The notes below the pieces were generated by a model, which saw only the letters and a program-made list of their open reading frames with translations, made no database searches and had not been told where the DNA came from. From the NCBI GenBank assembly GCA_944393195.1, contig CALXZG010000006.1, positions 1,226 through 65,225 of the forward strand: a stretch of DNA of 64,000 nucleotides, written 5' to 3'. The stretch comes from an uncultured Alphaproteobacteria bacterium (GTDB taxonomy: Bacteria > Pseudomonadota > Alphaproteobacteria > CAAHEQ01 > UBA3637). Position numbers and translations under genes: made by a program. This document shows positions 46,511-55,179 of this stretch, piece after piece. The stretch's first letter is position 1. Each line of letters opens with the position of its first letter.

Positions 46511-47956
46511 ATGACTGAAACAAAAAATAAAAACGGAAAAAGTGGTGTGTATCAAAATAGTGATTTAGGGGCATCGGGTGTGTGTCATAAGACCCCCGAT
46601 CAGGTCGGGGATGACGGTTTAACAGTAGGGAGTGCGTGTTCAAAGATCCCCGCTTTCGCAGGGATGACGGAAAGTAGCCGCAACGAACGGGGTCGGAGTA
46701 TGGTTGAGATGTTGGGCGTTCTGGCGGTCATGGGCGTATTATCGATTGGCGGTGTGGCCGGGTATCGGTATGCGATCGATAAAATGAATGCGAATGACAT
46801 TATCAACGAAGTGCGGAAACGGGCCGTGACGGCGAGCCAACAACGTATCTTGGGACAAAATATCAGCTTGACAGAATACGGGGATAATGGGCGGATTAAA
46901 GGAATTCATGCCGTCACAGCGACGAACAATTATGCGGGGGATAAAGGATTTTTTGCATTGACGGTGTCAAACGTGCCGCAACGGGTGTGCGATGAGATTT
47001 TGAAACAGGATTGGGCAATGCCGGTTGAAATGGCGATCGGTGGTGTTGTGGTCGATGATGATACAGCCTGCGCCGCCGGAAATAATGAAATGTTGTTTGC
47101 ATTTGCAAATACGTTGGATAACTCGTTGGTCCCAGGGGCAGGGAATGGGGATGATAACGAACCCGAACTTGAACCGTGCGCCGAGGGCGAATATCGGTTA
47201 TCGACAGGGGAGTGTGTGATGGATTCTCATCCGGAGTGTGCAGATGGGGAATTTTATAATGGATACACGAGTTCCTGTACGGTTTGTCCAACGGAGGGAA
47301 GTCCTGTTGAAAATAGTTCAGTTATAGAGGATACGTGTGAAAAATGTACGGGGGCGCAAATTGGTGGGCATAATCCGAATTATTGTGTCTATTGCCCATC
47401 CGGGATTGTGTGTGGTGACCAATGTTGTGGGGAAGGACAAATGTGTCAACGTAGTAGTTCTTATCCATATACATATACCTGTGTCTCTGCATTAGGGACA
47501 AATGAATGTTTGACGAATGATGATTGTGGGGATAATCAATATTGTAAAAATGATTATGGTTGTGAAGTAACGATTGGGACATGTACAGATATTAGTAGCA
47601 CGACGGTGACAATTAACGAAAAAACATACACAGCTTCGACGGAGGGTATATCGTATCATGCGGCGGAGAACTTCTGTGACGCGCTAGGGAAGACATTAGC
47701 ACCGGTAACGGACGGGTGTACGGCCGAAGAATTGGCAGCGGTTAAAGCAAACAGTTATTGGGGCAATTGTTCGGGATGGGCGCACACGACGGATAATGGG
47801 TATTGGACAGCAACAAAGATAAGTGGATGTGCTTCATATGAGATAAGCAGTAGCAGTTCAGGCTGGGTCGGGGCTAACTATTGGATCTACGACTACAACC
47901 TCCTCGCCCTTTGTCGCTCAGGTTCCCGCTTTTTACTATCTCCTTTAGCCATTTAA
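46511..47956 (+). CDS. Modular pilin-like protein P3 (same architecture as P2) with a 52-aa repeat-derived insertion in the leader and a 12-codon C-terminal extension
   Basis: 481 aa. The RBS and ATGACTGAAA start context are conserved with P2, as are RSMVEMLGVLAVMGVLSIGG and the head, stalk and tip. At the position of the P2 stop codon TAA, P3 reads TCA. An alternative in-frame start lies at 46664 (MTESSRNERG|RSMVE). Confidence 0.8.
   Translation: MTETKNKNGKSGVYQNSDLGASGVCHKTPDQVGDDGLTVGSACSKIPAFAGMTESSRNERGRSMVEMLGVLAVMGVLSIGGVAGYRYAIDKMNANDIINEVRKRAVTASQQRILGQNISLTEYGDNGRIKGIHAVTATNNYAGDKGFFALTVSNVPQRVCDEILKQDWAMPVEMAIGGVVVDDDTACAAGNNEMLFAFANTLDNSLVPGAGNGDDNEPELEPCAEGEYRLSTGECVMDSHPECADGEFYNGYTSSCTVCPTEGSPVENSSVIEDTCEKCTGAQIGGHNPNYCVYCPSGIVCGDQCCGEGQMCQRSSSYPYTYTCVSALGTNECLTNDDCGDNQYCKNDYGCEVTIGTCTDISSTTVTINEKTYTASTEGISYHAAENFCDALGKTLAPVTDGCTAEELAAVKANSYWGNCSGWAHTTDNGYWTATKISGCASYEISSSSSGWVGANYWIYDYNLLALCRSGSRFLLSPLAI
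46589..46617. repeat. REP-like element type A inside the P3 5' coding region
   Basis: aagacccccgatcaggtcggggatgacgg is translated in frame as KTPDQVGDDG. Confidence 0.7.
46642..46670. repeat. REP-like element type B inside the P3 5' coding region
   Basis: aaagatccccgctttcgcagggatgacgg is translated in frame as KIPAFAGMT. Confidence 0.7.
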
Positions 47957-47961
47957 TTATT

Positions 47962-47990
47962 GTGTCGGGGCATTTAAGAGCCCCGACACG
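47962..47990. repeat. Hairpin/palindromic element immediately 3' of P3
   Basis: GTGTCGGGGC-atttaaga-GCCCCGACAC has a perfect 10-bp stem. Confidence 0.6.
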
Positions 47991-48011
47991 GGCAAAGAGG
48001 TCATTATGGTC

Positions 48012-48038
48012 GCCCCCGCTTTCCCCGCGGGGGTGGCC
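48012..48038. repeat. GC-rich palindromic element
   Basis: gCCCCCGCtttccccGCGGGGGtggcc. Confidence 0.5.
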
Positions 48039-48070
48039 GTGCGCGGAAATTGGGGTGGAGCGGGGTAGTT

Positions 48071-48102
48071 GAAAGATCCTCGGGTCAAGCCCAAGGATAC
48101 TG
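48071..48102. repeat. REP-like element type B variant
   Basis: gaaagatcctcgggtcaagcccaaggatactg is preceded by gagcggggtagtt, as is the copy at 48324. Confidence 0.55.
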
Positions 48103-48226
48103 CGTAAATCAAAAGTTGCCGGTGGCAAGTTTTGATGCGCAAAGCAATGAAACACCGCGCGCCAAGGCAGCGGAAGTCGCCGCCGGCAAGCGGATGTTGG
48201 AATTGAAAAGGGGGTAAGATGGTCAT

Positions 48227-48256
48227 GAGACCCCCGATCAGGTCGGGGGTGACGGG
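48227..48256. repeat. REP-like element type A
   Basis: gagacccccgatcaggtcgggggtgacggg is near-identical to 46589-46617. Confidence 0.7.
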
Positions 48257-48323
48257 ATTATAATGGAGCGGGAATGACAGAAAATAATAAGGGATGACGT
48301 AGGAGAGGCAGAGCGGGGTGCTT

Positions 48324-48352
48324 AAAGATCCCCGCCTGCGCGGGGAGGACGG
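48324..48352. repeat. REP-like element type B
   Basis: aaagatccccgcctgcgcggggaggacgg is preceded by gagcggggtgctt. Confidence 0.65.
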
Positions 48353-48410
48353 AAAAAAGCAAGGATGACGTAGAATTATAATCGATGACGTATTTTTAGG
48401 CAGAGAAGTG

Positions 48411-49154
48411 TCAGTATGTGACGCCGACAAAGTACAGGCCTTCGGCGGGGGCGGTTTCGCCACCTTGTTTCCTATCGCAGGCATCAAACGCCCGTTTAAA
48501 ATCAGCAACCGTCCATTTACCGCATCCGACGTAGACAAGGCTTCCGGTTATGTTGCGCACTTGGTGATACAAAAAAGAGCGGGCGCTCATTCGAATTTCT
48601 ACCCGATCGTTATGGCGCGTGATGTTAATGGCATCCATTGTTTTCAGGGGGGATTTCGCCTGACATTGGGCGGCGCGAAAGGTGGAAAAGTCGTGCTTGC
48701 CAATCAGGAGGTTGGCGGCTTCCTGCATTTTATCCGTATCCAGCGGGCGCGGAAACCACCAAACACGGTTTCTATCCAATGCGGGCGGAAAGCGTGTGTT
48801 TTGAATCAGGTAAAGGTAGGTGCGTTGGCGCGCACTGAAACGCGCATGAAAATCGTCGGATGTCGGGGTAATGTCGCGCACCGTGACGGGATGCGGGCGC
48901 ACCAATGCGTTGAGGGATTCGCGCAGGCGACCGCAGGCCAATTCCGACAGTGTTTCCGTCGTATCGAAGTGGGCAACCTGACCCCAAGCGTGGACACCGG
49001 CATCGGTTCGGCCGCTCCCCCAGACTTCCGTCGGTTGGCGCAGAGCGGTTGTTAAAGCTTGTTCCAAAACCTCTTGAACCGTGATTTTGTCCCGTTGTTT
49101 TTGCCAGCCGGCAAATGCCGATCCGTCATATTCGATTGTCATTCTATACCGCAA
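48411..49154 (-). CDS. truA: tRNA pseudouridine(38-40) synthase
   Basis: 247 aa: MRYRMTIEYDGSAFAGWQKQ...GSGRTDAGVHA (catalytic Asp)...FLYHQVRNI. Confidence 0.93.
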   Translation of the reverse strand: MRYRMTIEYDGSAFAGWQKQRDKITVQEVLEQALTTALRQPTEVWGSGRTDAGVHAWGQVAHFDTTETLSELACGRLRESLNALVRPHPVTVRDITPTSDDFHARFSARQRTYLYLIQNTRFPPALDRNRVWWFPRPLDTDKMQEAANLLIGKHDFSTFRAAQCQAKSPLKTMDAINITRHNDRVEIRMSARSFLYHQVRNITGSLVYVGCGKWTVADFKRAFDACDRKQGGETAPAEGLYFVGVTY

Positions 49155-50052
49155 GGTTGGTTCCTTTCGGCAATGTCCAACCTTTCAGAATTTCATCGGC
49201 GGGCAACGGTTTTTTGCCCGGACGTTGTAAGTGGGTCAGGCGCAGGCTTGTCCCATGACCGCAGGCAATGCGCAGTGTATCGTCGAGAACGGTGCCGGCC
49301 GGCGCCGTTGTCGGTTCGGCCAGTTCGGCAGCAAAGACTTTTATCCGTTCCGCACCGTTCATCAAATAAGCGGTCGGGACGGGGTTAAAGGCGCGAATGG
49401 TGCGTTCGATTTGTTCGGCCGGTTGGGCCCAATCAATCAAGGCTTCCGTTTTTTGCAATTTGGCGGCGTAGGTTGCGCCCTCGGCCGGTTGCGGAATCGG
49501 TTGCGGCAGGTGGTTGAGAGCTTGTGTAATCAAGCGGCAACCGATTGTCATCAGGCGGTCGTGCAATTCGGCCGCGGTGGTTGTGGCGGTAATCGGGGTG
49601 GATTCGCTCAGCAACATGGGACCGGTATCCAATCCGGCATCCATTTGCATGATGGTAATGCCTGTTTCGGTATCACCGGCCTGAATCGCCCGTTGAATCG
49701 GTGCCGCCCCGCGCCACCGCGGCAGGAGGGAGGCGTGGATGTTGAGGCATCCTTTGGCCGGCGCATCCAAAATCGCCTGAGGTAAAATCAGGCCATAGGC
49801 GCAAACAACGCCGATGTCGGCTTGGAGAGCGGCAAAGTTGGCTTGTGCTTCGGGCGTGCGGAGAGTTGTCGGGCAACGGACGGGAATACCGAGTTCTTCG
49901 GCCGTTACTTGCACCGGAGAGGGGGTTAATTTGTATCCTTTGCCGGCCGGGCGCGGCGGTTGGGTATAGACGCAGACGACTTCGTGTTCGGCGGCAACGG
50001 CGCGTAAAGCTTCGGCGGCAAACACGGGTGTTCCCATAAAGACAACTTTCAT
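49144..50052 (-). CDS. fmt: Methionyl-tRNA formyltransferase
   Basis: 302 aa with MKVVFMGTP and NIHASLLPRWRGAAPI motifs. It sits in the def-fmt-truA cluster. Confidence 0.93.
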   Translation of the reverse strand: MKVVFMGTPVFAAEALRAVAAEHEVVCVYTQPPRPAGKGYKLTPSPVQVTAEELGIPVRCPTTLRTPEAQANFAALQADIGVVCAYGLILPQAILDAPAKGCLNIHASLLPRWRGAAPIQRAIQAGDTETGITIMQMDAGLDTGPMLLSESTPITATTTAAELHDRLMTIGCRLITQALNHLPQPIPQPAEGATYAAKLQKTEALIDWAQPAEQIERTIRAFNPVPTAYLMNGAERIKVFAAELAEPTTAPAGTVLDDTLRIACGHGTSLRLTHLQRPGKKPLPADEILKGWTLPKGTNLAV

Positions 50053-50585
50053 TCGGCAGACTCCGCTTCCTGAGCCAAACGGGCGGCTTTTTTACGCCGT
50101 TTTTCCAAATGTTTCAGCAACAGTTTTCGTTTCAAAGGGGACAGGTAGTCGATAAAGAGTTTTCCGTCAAGGTGATCGATTTCGTGTTGCATGGCAATGG
50201 CAAGAAGGCCTTCCGCAGTGCGGGTTTGTTCCCTTCCGTTTTCATCGGTATAGCGAACGGTAACGGATTCCCAACGTTCAACGTCCGCGTATTCGCGGGG
50301 AACGGAGAGGCATCCTTCGTTATGGCAGACACGCGTTTCGGAGCGGGCAATAATTTCGGGATTGACCATTTTAATCGGTTCGGGCTTATCGGCGCCGCAA
50401 TCGATAACGACAAGGCGTTGCAACAGGCCGACCTGATTACCGGCCAGACCGACACCGTTCGTGGCGTACATGGTTTCGAGCATATCGGACAAAATTTGTT
50501 GAATCTCCGGCGTGACGGTTTCAACGGGTTGTGCCGTTTCCCTTAAAACAGGGTGAGGGACTTCCAAAACTGTTAATCGTGACAT
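50049..50585 (-). CDS. def: Peptide deformylase
   Basis: GVGLAGNQVG, EGCLS and QHEIDHL motifs. The start was chosen at MSRLTVLEVPHPVLRE. The 36-codon upstream extension in the track ORF runs through AT-rich promoter sequence. Confidence 0.92.
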   Translation of the reverse strand: MSRLTVLEVPHPVLRETAQPVETVTPEIQQILSDMLETMYATNGVGLAGNQVGLLQRLVVIDCGADKPEPIKMVNPEIIARSETRVCHNEGCLSVPREYADVERWESVTVRYTDENGREQTRTAEGLLAIAMQHEIDHLDGKLFIDYLSPLKRKLLLKHLEKRRKKAARLAQEAESAE

Positions 50586-50649
50586 TTTTACTTTCCTTTT
50601 GTTGGGCTTTATTATATAATAAAAAAAGCAATTTGAAAAGGAGATTTTT

Positions 50650-51201
50650 ATGATACGTTTGTTTGTGGGGTTGGGGTTGCCGGAAAACATCAAAGTTCAG
50701 TTGGCGGAATTACAGAAAAATTTGCCGGGGGCTTTGTGGCGGCCGATGGAGAAAATGCATTTAACGTTGCGTTTTGTCGGCAATGTGACGGAACCGGTGG
50801 CAGAAGAGGTTTTAAAAGAGTTACGCTATGTTCGGTTCCCGGCTTTTCATTATTCGTTAAAGGAAGTCGGATATTTTGCGCGCGGGGATATACCGCATCA
50901 TGTGTGGGCGGGGGTAGATGAAGACAAGGCCATTCAGGAATTACAGGAAAAAATTGATCATGCGGTTAAAAAGGCCGGTGCCGGTCAGGCGGATCGCTTT
51001 AAATTTGTGCCGCATGTGACGCTTGGCAAGTTAATCGGAACGGATATGGGGGATGTCTTTCAATTCATTACGCGGAACAATTTGTTTCATTCGGATATGT
51101 TTCAGGCAACTTCTTTTATCCTGTATCAAAGCATTGCGCGTGAAAACGGGGAAGGCAAGTATTACAAAGAAGTGGCCGAGTATCCGTTGGATTTGGTTTA
51201 A
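50650..51201 (+). CDS. thpR: RNA 2',3'-cyclic phosphodiesterase (2H phosphoesterase, LigT/ThpR)
   Basis: 183 aa: MIRLFVGLGLP, with two H-x-T-x motifs (HLTLRF and HVTLGK). Confidence 0.85.
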   Translation: MIRLFVGLGLPENIKVQLAELQKNLPGALWRPMEKMHLTLRFVGNVTEPVAEEVLKELRYVRFPAFHYSLKEVGYFARGDIPHHVWAGVDEDKAIQELQEKIDHAVKKAGAGQADRFKFVPHVTLGKLIGTDMGDVFQFITRNNLFHSDMFQATSFILYQSIARENGEGKYYKEVAEYPLDLV

Positions 51202-51282
51202 GCGGAAAAACAGGTGGTGACGCGTCTTGGCTTGATTTTTGGCCGGGAGTAGGGTATAATGCCGCCAACAAAAGGAAGAAGT

Positions 51283-53085
51283 ATGGCAAATTTACATCAC
51301 ATTCGTAATTTTTCTATTGTCGCGCATATTGATCACGGCAAATCGACGTTGGCGGATCGCTTGATTCAAAAATGCGGTGCGGTGTCCGATCGTGAAATGA
51401 AGGCGCAATTGTTGGATACGATGGATATTGAACGGGAACGCGGCATCACGATTAAGGCGCAAACGGTTCGGCTCAGTTATCGGGCGAAAAACGGTGTGGA
51501 TTATATTTTAAACTTAATTGACACGCCGGGGCATGTGGATTTCGGTTATGAAGTCAGTCGGTCTTTGGCCGCGTGTGAAGGGTCGTTGCTTGTCGTTGAT
51601 GCATCGCAGGGGGTTGAGGCGCAAACGTTGGCGAATGTGTATAAGGCTTTGGATGCCAATCATGAAATTGTGCCGGTGATTAACAAGATTGATTTGCCGG
51701 CGGCGGATCCGGATCGGGTGAAAGAACAGATTGAGGATGTGATCGGGATTGATGCGTCGGAGGCTCCTTTGATTTCCGCAAAGACGGGGATTGGCATTGC
51801 GGAAGTTTTGGAAACGATTGTGAATCGGTTGCCACCACCGACGGGGTATGAAGAGGCTCCGTTAAAAGCGATGTTGGTTGATTCGTGGTATGATCCGTAT
51901 TTGGGAATTGTGGTTTTGGCGCGGGTTGTCGACGGTGTATTAAAACGGGGCATGTCGATTCAGATGATGGCAACCAAAGCCGTGTATAAGGTGGATCGGT
52001 GCGGTTATTTTACGCCGAAAATGTCGGATACGAATGAGATTAAGACCGGGGAACTCGGGTTTATTATTTGCGGTATTAAATCGATCGGGGAAACACGGGT
52101 CGGGGATACGATTACGGACGAAAAAAATCCGACGGCGCGGCCCTTGCCGGGCTTTAAGCCGAGTTTGTCGGTGGTGTTTTGTTCTTTGTTCCCCGTGGAT
52201 ATGAGTGATTATGAGGCCTTAAAAGAATCGTTGGCCAAGTTGCAATTAAACGATGCGAGTTTCCAATTCACACCGGATAAATCGATGGCTTTGGGGCAAG
52301 GGTTCCGGTGCGGGTTCCTGGGGTTGTTGCACATGGAAATCATTCAGGAGCGGTTAAGTCGGGAGTTTAATTTGGACTTAATCACAACGGCGCCGTCGGT
52401 GGCGTATCATGTCTACCTGACAAACGGGGAAAAAATGGTTATGCACAATCCGGCCGATATGCCCGATTTATCGCGGGTGTCGCGGATTGAGGAGCCTTGG
52501 GTGCGGGCGACAATTATGACGCCGGACGAATATCTGGGCGGGATTTTGCAACTGTGTTCCGAACGGCGCGGGGTTCAGAAAGATTTAACGTATGTCGGCG
52601 ATCGGGCAATGGCGGTGTATGAATTGCCGTTGAATGAAATCGTGTTTGATTTTTATGATCGGTTAAAATCGATATCGCGCGGGTATGCCAGTTTTGATTA
52701 TGAATTGGGCGGTTATGCCGAAAGTGATTTGGTGCGTGTCAATATCATGGTACATGGTGAACAGGTGGATGCGTTGGCCTTTTTGGCACACCGGTCGCAG
52801 GCGGAGCGGCGGGGGCGTCAGATTTGCGAACGGTTAAAGGACTTAATTCCGCGGCATCAATTTAAAATTCCGATTCAGGCGAGTATCGGCGGGAAGATTA
52901 TCGCGCGGGAGGATATTGCCGCTTTCCGGAAAGATGTGACGGCCAAATGTTATGGCGGGGATATTACGCGTAAGCGCAAGCTGCTTGAAAAACAAAAAGA
53001 GGGAAAGAAGCGGATGCGGCAGTTCGGGGAAGTTGAAATTCCGCAAAACGCGTTTATTCAGGCGTTAAAAATCGGGGATGAATAG
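51283..53085 (+). CDS. lepA: Elongation factor 4 (LepA)
   Basis: [28 protein letters not shown] and NKIDL motifs with the LepA-specific C-terminal domain. The ATG follows an AGGAAG RBS. The track ORF begins at 51259. Confidence 0.95.
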   Translation: MANLHHIRNFSIVAHIDHGKSTLADRLIQKCGAVSDREMKAQLLDTMDIERERGITIKAQTVRLSYRAKNGVDYILNLIDTPGHVDFGYEVSRSLAACEGSLLVVDASQGVEAQTLANVYKALDANHEIVPVINKIDLPAADPDRVKEQIEDVIGIDASEAPLISAKTGIGIAEVLETIVNRLPPPTGYEEAPLKAMLVDSWYDPYLGIVVLARVVDGVLKRGMSIQMMATKAVYKVDRCGYFTPKMSDTNEIKTGELGFIICGIKSIGETRVGDTITDEKNPTARPLPGFKPSLSVVFCSLFPVDMSDYEALKESLAKLQLNDASFQFTPDKSMALGQGFRCGFLGLLHMEIIQERLSREFNLDLITTAPSVAYHVYLTNGEKMVMHNPADMPDLSRVSRIEEPWVRATIMTPDEYLGGILQLCSERRGVQKDLTYVGDRAMAVYELPLNEIVFDFYDRLKSISRGYASFDYELGGYAESDLVRVNIMVHGEQVDALAFLAHRSQAERRGRQICERLKDLIPRHQFKIPIQASIGGKIIAREDIAAFRKDVTAKCYGGDITRKRKLLEKQKEGKKRMRQFGEVEIPQNAFIQALKIGDE

Positions 53086-53234
53086 CCGAAAAAATCTTTT
53101 TCGGGGTGTATCTTTAATTATGGCTTGACATTATTGTTTTTTTGGGTGTTAAATACCAATAGGTATTTGTATTCAAAAAAACAGAGAATGCCATACAACA
53201 GGATTTTTTAAAAGAATTAGAAAATTTAACGATT

Positions 53235-53486
53235 ATGAAAAAGGCCGGCCTTTTGTCGGAGGCGGCATTTGCGGCGCATAAGCAACAATTAATGAAACGG
53301 ATGGAAACCGGTTATTCGCCGGCGCGACCGGCACCCATCGACGAAGAGTATGACGAATTGAAGGGACCGTGGTTATCGTTCGGAAAAGCTCTTTCTTTTG
53401 GATTTTCTATTCACAATTTCGTAGTAACATTCGGATTGTGTCTGTTGTTTGTTGTTTTTTCGTTTATTATTGCTTCTTTGAAATAG
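53235..53486 (+). CDS. Small membrane protein with SHOCT-like N-terminal motif
   Basis: 83 aa with KKAGLLSEAAFAAHKQQLM and a C-terminal TM segment. The in-frame upstream sequence (ELENLTI) would complete a SHOCT-like motif but lacks a canonical start codon. Confidence 0.4.
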   Translation: MKKAGLLSEAAFAAHKQQLMKRMETGYSPARPAPIDEEYDELKGPWLSFGKALSFGFSIHNFVVTFGLCLLFVVFSFIIASLK

Positions 53487-53498
53487 CGGGGTGAATAT

Positions 53499-54332
53499 AT
53501 GGGTTCGGGTATGGGTACGGCTTGGATGTATCTCTTAATTTCAGGGATTGTATTCCTGATTAGTAGTGGGATTTTTGCTTATTTTATGATTGTCGCCCGA
53601 CAGAAAGTTTTTCGGGATGATGTTGTTTATTCCAAGGGTATTTTTTGGATCAAAATGGCACAAATTGTTTTGATCTTGTTCCTTTTTACGGTGACGGCCG
53701 GTTGGGGGATGATGCATTTACCTATTTCCCCGCATACAAGCAGGGGGTTGTTTTGGATTCTGTCCATCATTGCATTTTATGTTTTAAGCGTGTTGTTGGT
53801 GGCCTATTCCGTTCGGTTCAATTTTCGATCGTTGGGGACCTCTATCGGGCGTGTTGTGAAAAAACCGTTGGTTATTCTTAACATATTATTGTATGTTGCC
53901 GCATATAGTTTGGGAATGACTATCATCGGATATATTGTTGCGTCTATCTTAAAATGGTTTTTAAAGGAAATGTTAATGGCGTTTCACACGATGGGGATGG
54001 CAGCCTTGGTAAATGCTTTTGCATTTGCCAATATATGGTATCTATTAATTATTGCTTTCTTTGGTATTCTCATTTATTTCGTGTATAAATCATTATCAAG
54101 AAAGGGCAAATTTTTCTTTTGGATCTATTCCGGTTGTGTCGCTTTGTTCATATTATTGCTTCATGCTTTGACACTAGGACGCTTGGGAGTTTCATTCTTT
54201 CCGGTTTTAATAGGGGGGTATATTACGTATACTTTGTTCTATTTAGCCATGGTTGTCAATATGAGCTTTTGGCCTTTCTTGGCGCATTTATATGTTCAGG
54301 CGGCGCGTTTCATTTCGGATCGGGAGAATTAG
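53499..54332 (+). CDS. Hypothetical polytopic membrane protein (about 7-8 TM)
   Basis: 277 aa, almost entirely hydrophobic helices. I recognised no family. Confidence 0.5.
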   Translation: MGSGMGTAWMYLLISGIVFLISSGIFAYFMIVARQKVFRDDVVYSKGIFWIKMAQIVLILFLFTVTAGWGMMHLPISPHTSRGLFWILSIIAFYVLSVLLVAYSVRFNFRSLGTSIGRVVKKPLVILNILLYVAAYSLGMTIIGYIVASILKWFLKEMLMAFHTMGMAALVNAFAFANIWYLLIIAFFGILIYFVYKSLSRKGKFFFWIYSGCVALFILLLHALTLGRLGVSFFPVLIGGYITYTLFYLAMVVNMSFWPFLAHLYVQAARFISDREN

Positions 54333-54384
54333 TGCCGGGATTTGGGGCGATAATCGTGTCAATCCGAACATGGATCGGGCGCAA

Positions 54385-54412
54385 AAGCGGGGTGTTCCCG
54401 CTTTTGTTTTTT
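54385..54412 (+). terminator. Intrinsic terminator
   Basis: An AAGCGGG-gtgtt-CCCGCTT hairpin is followed by TTGTTTTTT. Confidence 0.65.
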
Positions 54413-54515
54413 GGTATTCGAATATTTTCCGAAACGATATTGTTATGTGTTGACGTTTTTCTTTTTTATGTGTAAACTAACGGCAGTTTATGACTGTTAA
54501 TCAAAGGAGTGTATC

Positions 54516-55088
54516 ATGACAGAGTTAGATGATTTAGCAAAATTAAACACATTGCGTGAAAAGGGCATTATAAATGAAGCCGAATTTGAAGCGCAAAAGA
54601 AAGCAATTTTGGCCAAAGGAATTGCGGCAGACAAGCCGATGAAGGCCAAAAACTTTTCGTTGACGGAAGCGTATGTTTCCTATTGGAAAAAGAGTTTTGT
54701 TTGGCGCGGTCGGGCAACGCGGGCCGAATATTGGTGGCCGGTTTTGGTTAATGCCCTGATTACATTTTTAATGGGGATGGGAACATCCGCCGCGGCGGCA
54801 TCTTCGATTGTTTTATACATGGCGTTTTCCATTGCCTCTTTTTTCCCGAGTTTGGCCGTTTTGGTTCGTCGGATGCATGATGTGAACAAAAGTGCGTGGT
54901 TCCCGTTTGTGCCGGTTTTAGGGGCTATCTTATTAGGTTTTATTGCCGGTGTTACCGGGGGAGTTAACGGCGTTATCCTTATCGGCGGAATTTTGATTCT
55001 GATCGGGTGGTCTGTTGCCGTTTTCATTTACACGTTAATCCCCGGCACGGAAGGGGCCAATCGCTACGGCGAACCGAATCAGGGATAA
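54516..55088 (+). CDS. DUF805-family inner-membrane protein with N-terminal SHOCT-like motif
   Basis: 190 aa with LAKLNTLREKGIINEAEFEAQKKAIL, followed by GRATRAEYWW and VRRMHD. From memory these match DUF805/YhaH-like signatures. Confidence 0.65.
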   Translation: MTELDDLAKLNTLREKGIINEAEFEAQKKAILAKGIAADKPMKAKNFSLTEAYVSYWKKSFVWRGRATRAEYWWPVLVNALITFLMGMGTSAAAASSIVLYMAFSIASFFPSLAVLVRRMHDVNKSAWFPFVPVLGAILLGFIAGVTGGVNGVILIGGILILIGWSVAVFIYTLIPGTEGANRYGEPNQG

Positions 55089-55105
55089 TAAATACAAAAG
55101 AGGTA

Positions 55106-55134
55106 TTGACTTTTGGGTGGGCGCATACTATGTG
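55106..55134 (+). promoter_or_regulatory. groESL promoter (TTGACT-N17-TATGTG; also resembles the alphaproteobacterial RpoH CTTG-N17-CYTATNT pattern)
   Basis: attgacttttgggtgggcgcatactatgtg lies 45 nt upstream of groES. No CIRCE inverted repeat is present. Confidence 0.45.
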
Positions 55135-55179
55135 ATACCCAACAGAAAGGTTTAACACACAGGTAGGAAGGAGAAAAAA

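Noticed and set aside
47957-48538. 193-aa minus-strand ORF in the P3-truA intergenic region
   Set aside because: It runs through the REP-like cluster and into the 3' end of truA in the same orientation but a different frame. Its composition is dictated by the palindromic repeats, and no RBS or start context is present.
48408-49055. 215-aa plus-strand ORF, together with 49231-49785 (+), 39901-40440 (-), 40376-40858 (+), 16283-16738 (-), 5185-5652 (-), 59786-60316 (+) and 56669-57208 (+) and similar
   Set aside because: These are shadow ORFs on the antisense or in an alternate frame of well-supported conserved genes (truA, fmt, mtaB, gpmI, the Lon-like protease, rnr, groEL). Their composition is low-complexity or Arg/Pro/Gly-biased, as expected from GC-rich antisense frames.
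50586-50693. N-terminal 36-codon extension of def in the track ORF, and the similar upstream extensions of rnr (60533-60658), ctpA (18996-19028), lepA (51259-51282), mtaB (39738-39815) and ybeY (38432-38458)
   Set aside because: The extensions lack RBSs, overlap upstream genes or promoters, and are not part of the conserved protein N-termini. Internal ATGs with good RBS or stop-start overlap were preferred.
55089-55179. CIRCE (HrcA) operator upstream of groES
   Set aside because: No TTAGCACTC-N9-GAGTGCTAA-like inverted repeat is present. Only a sigma70/RpoH-like promoter is seen.
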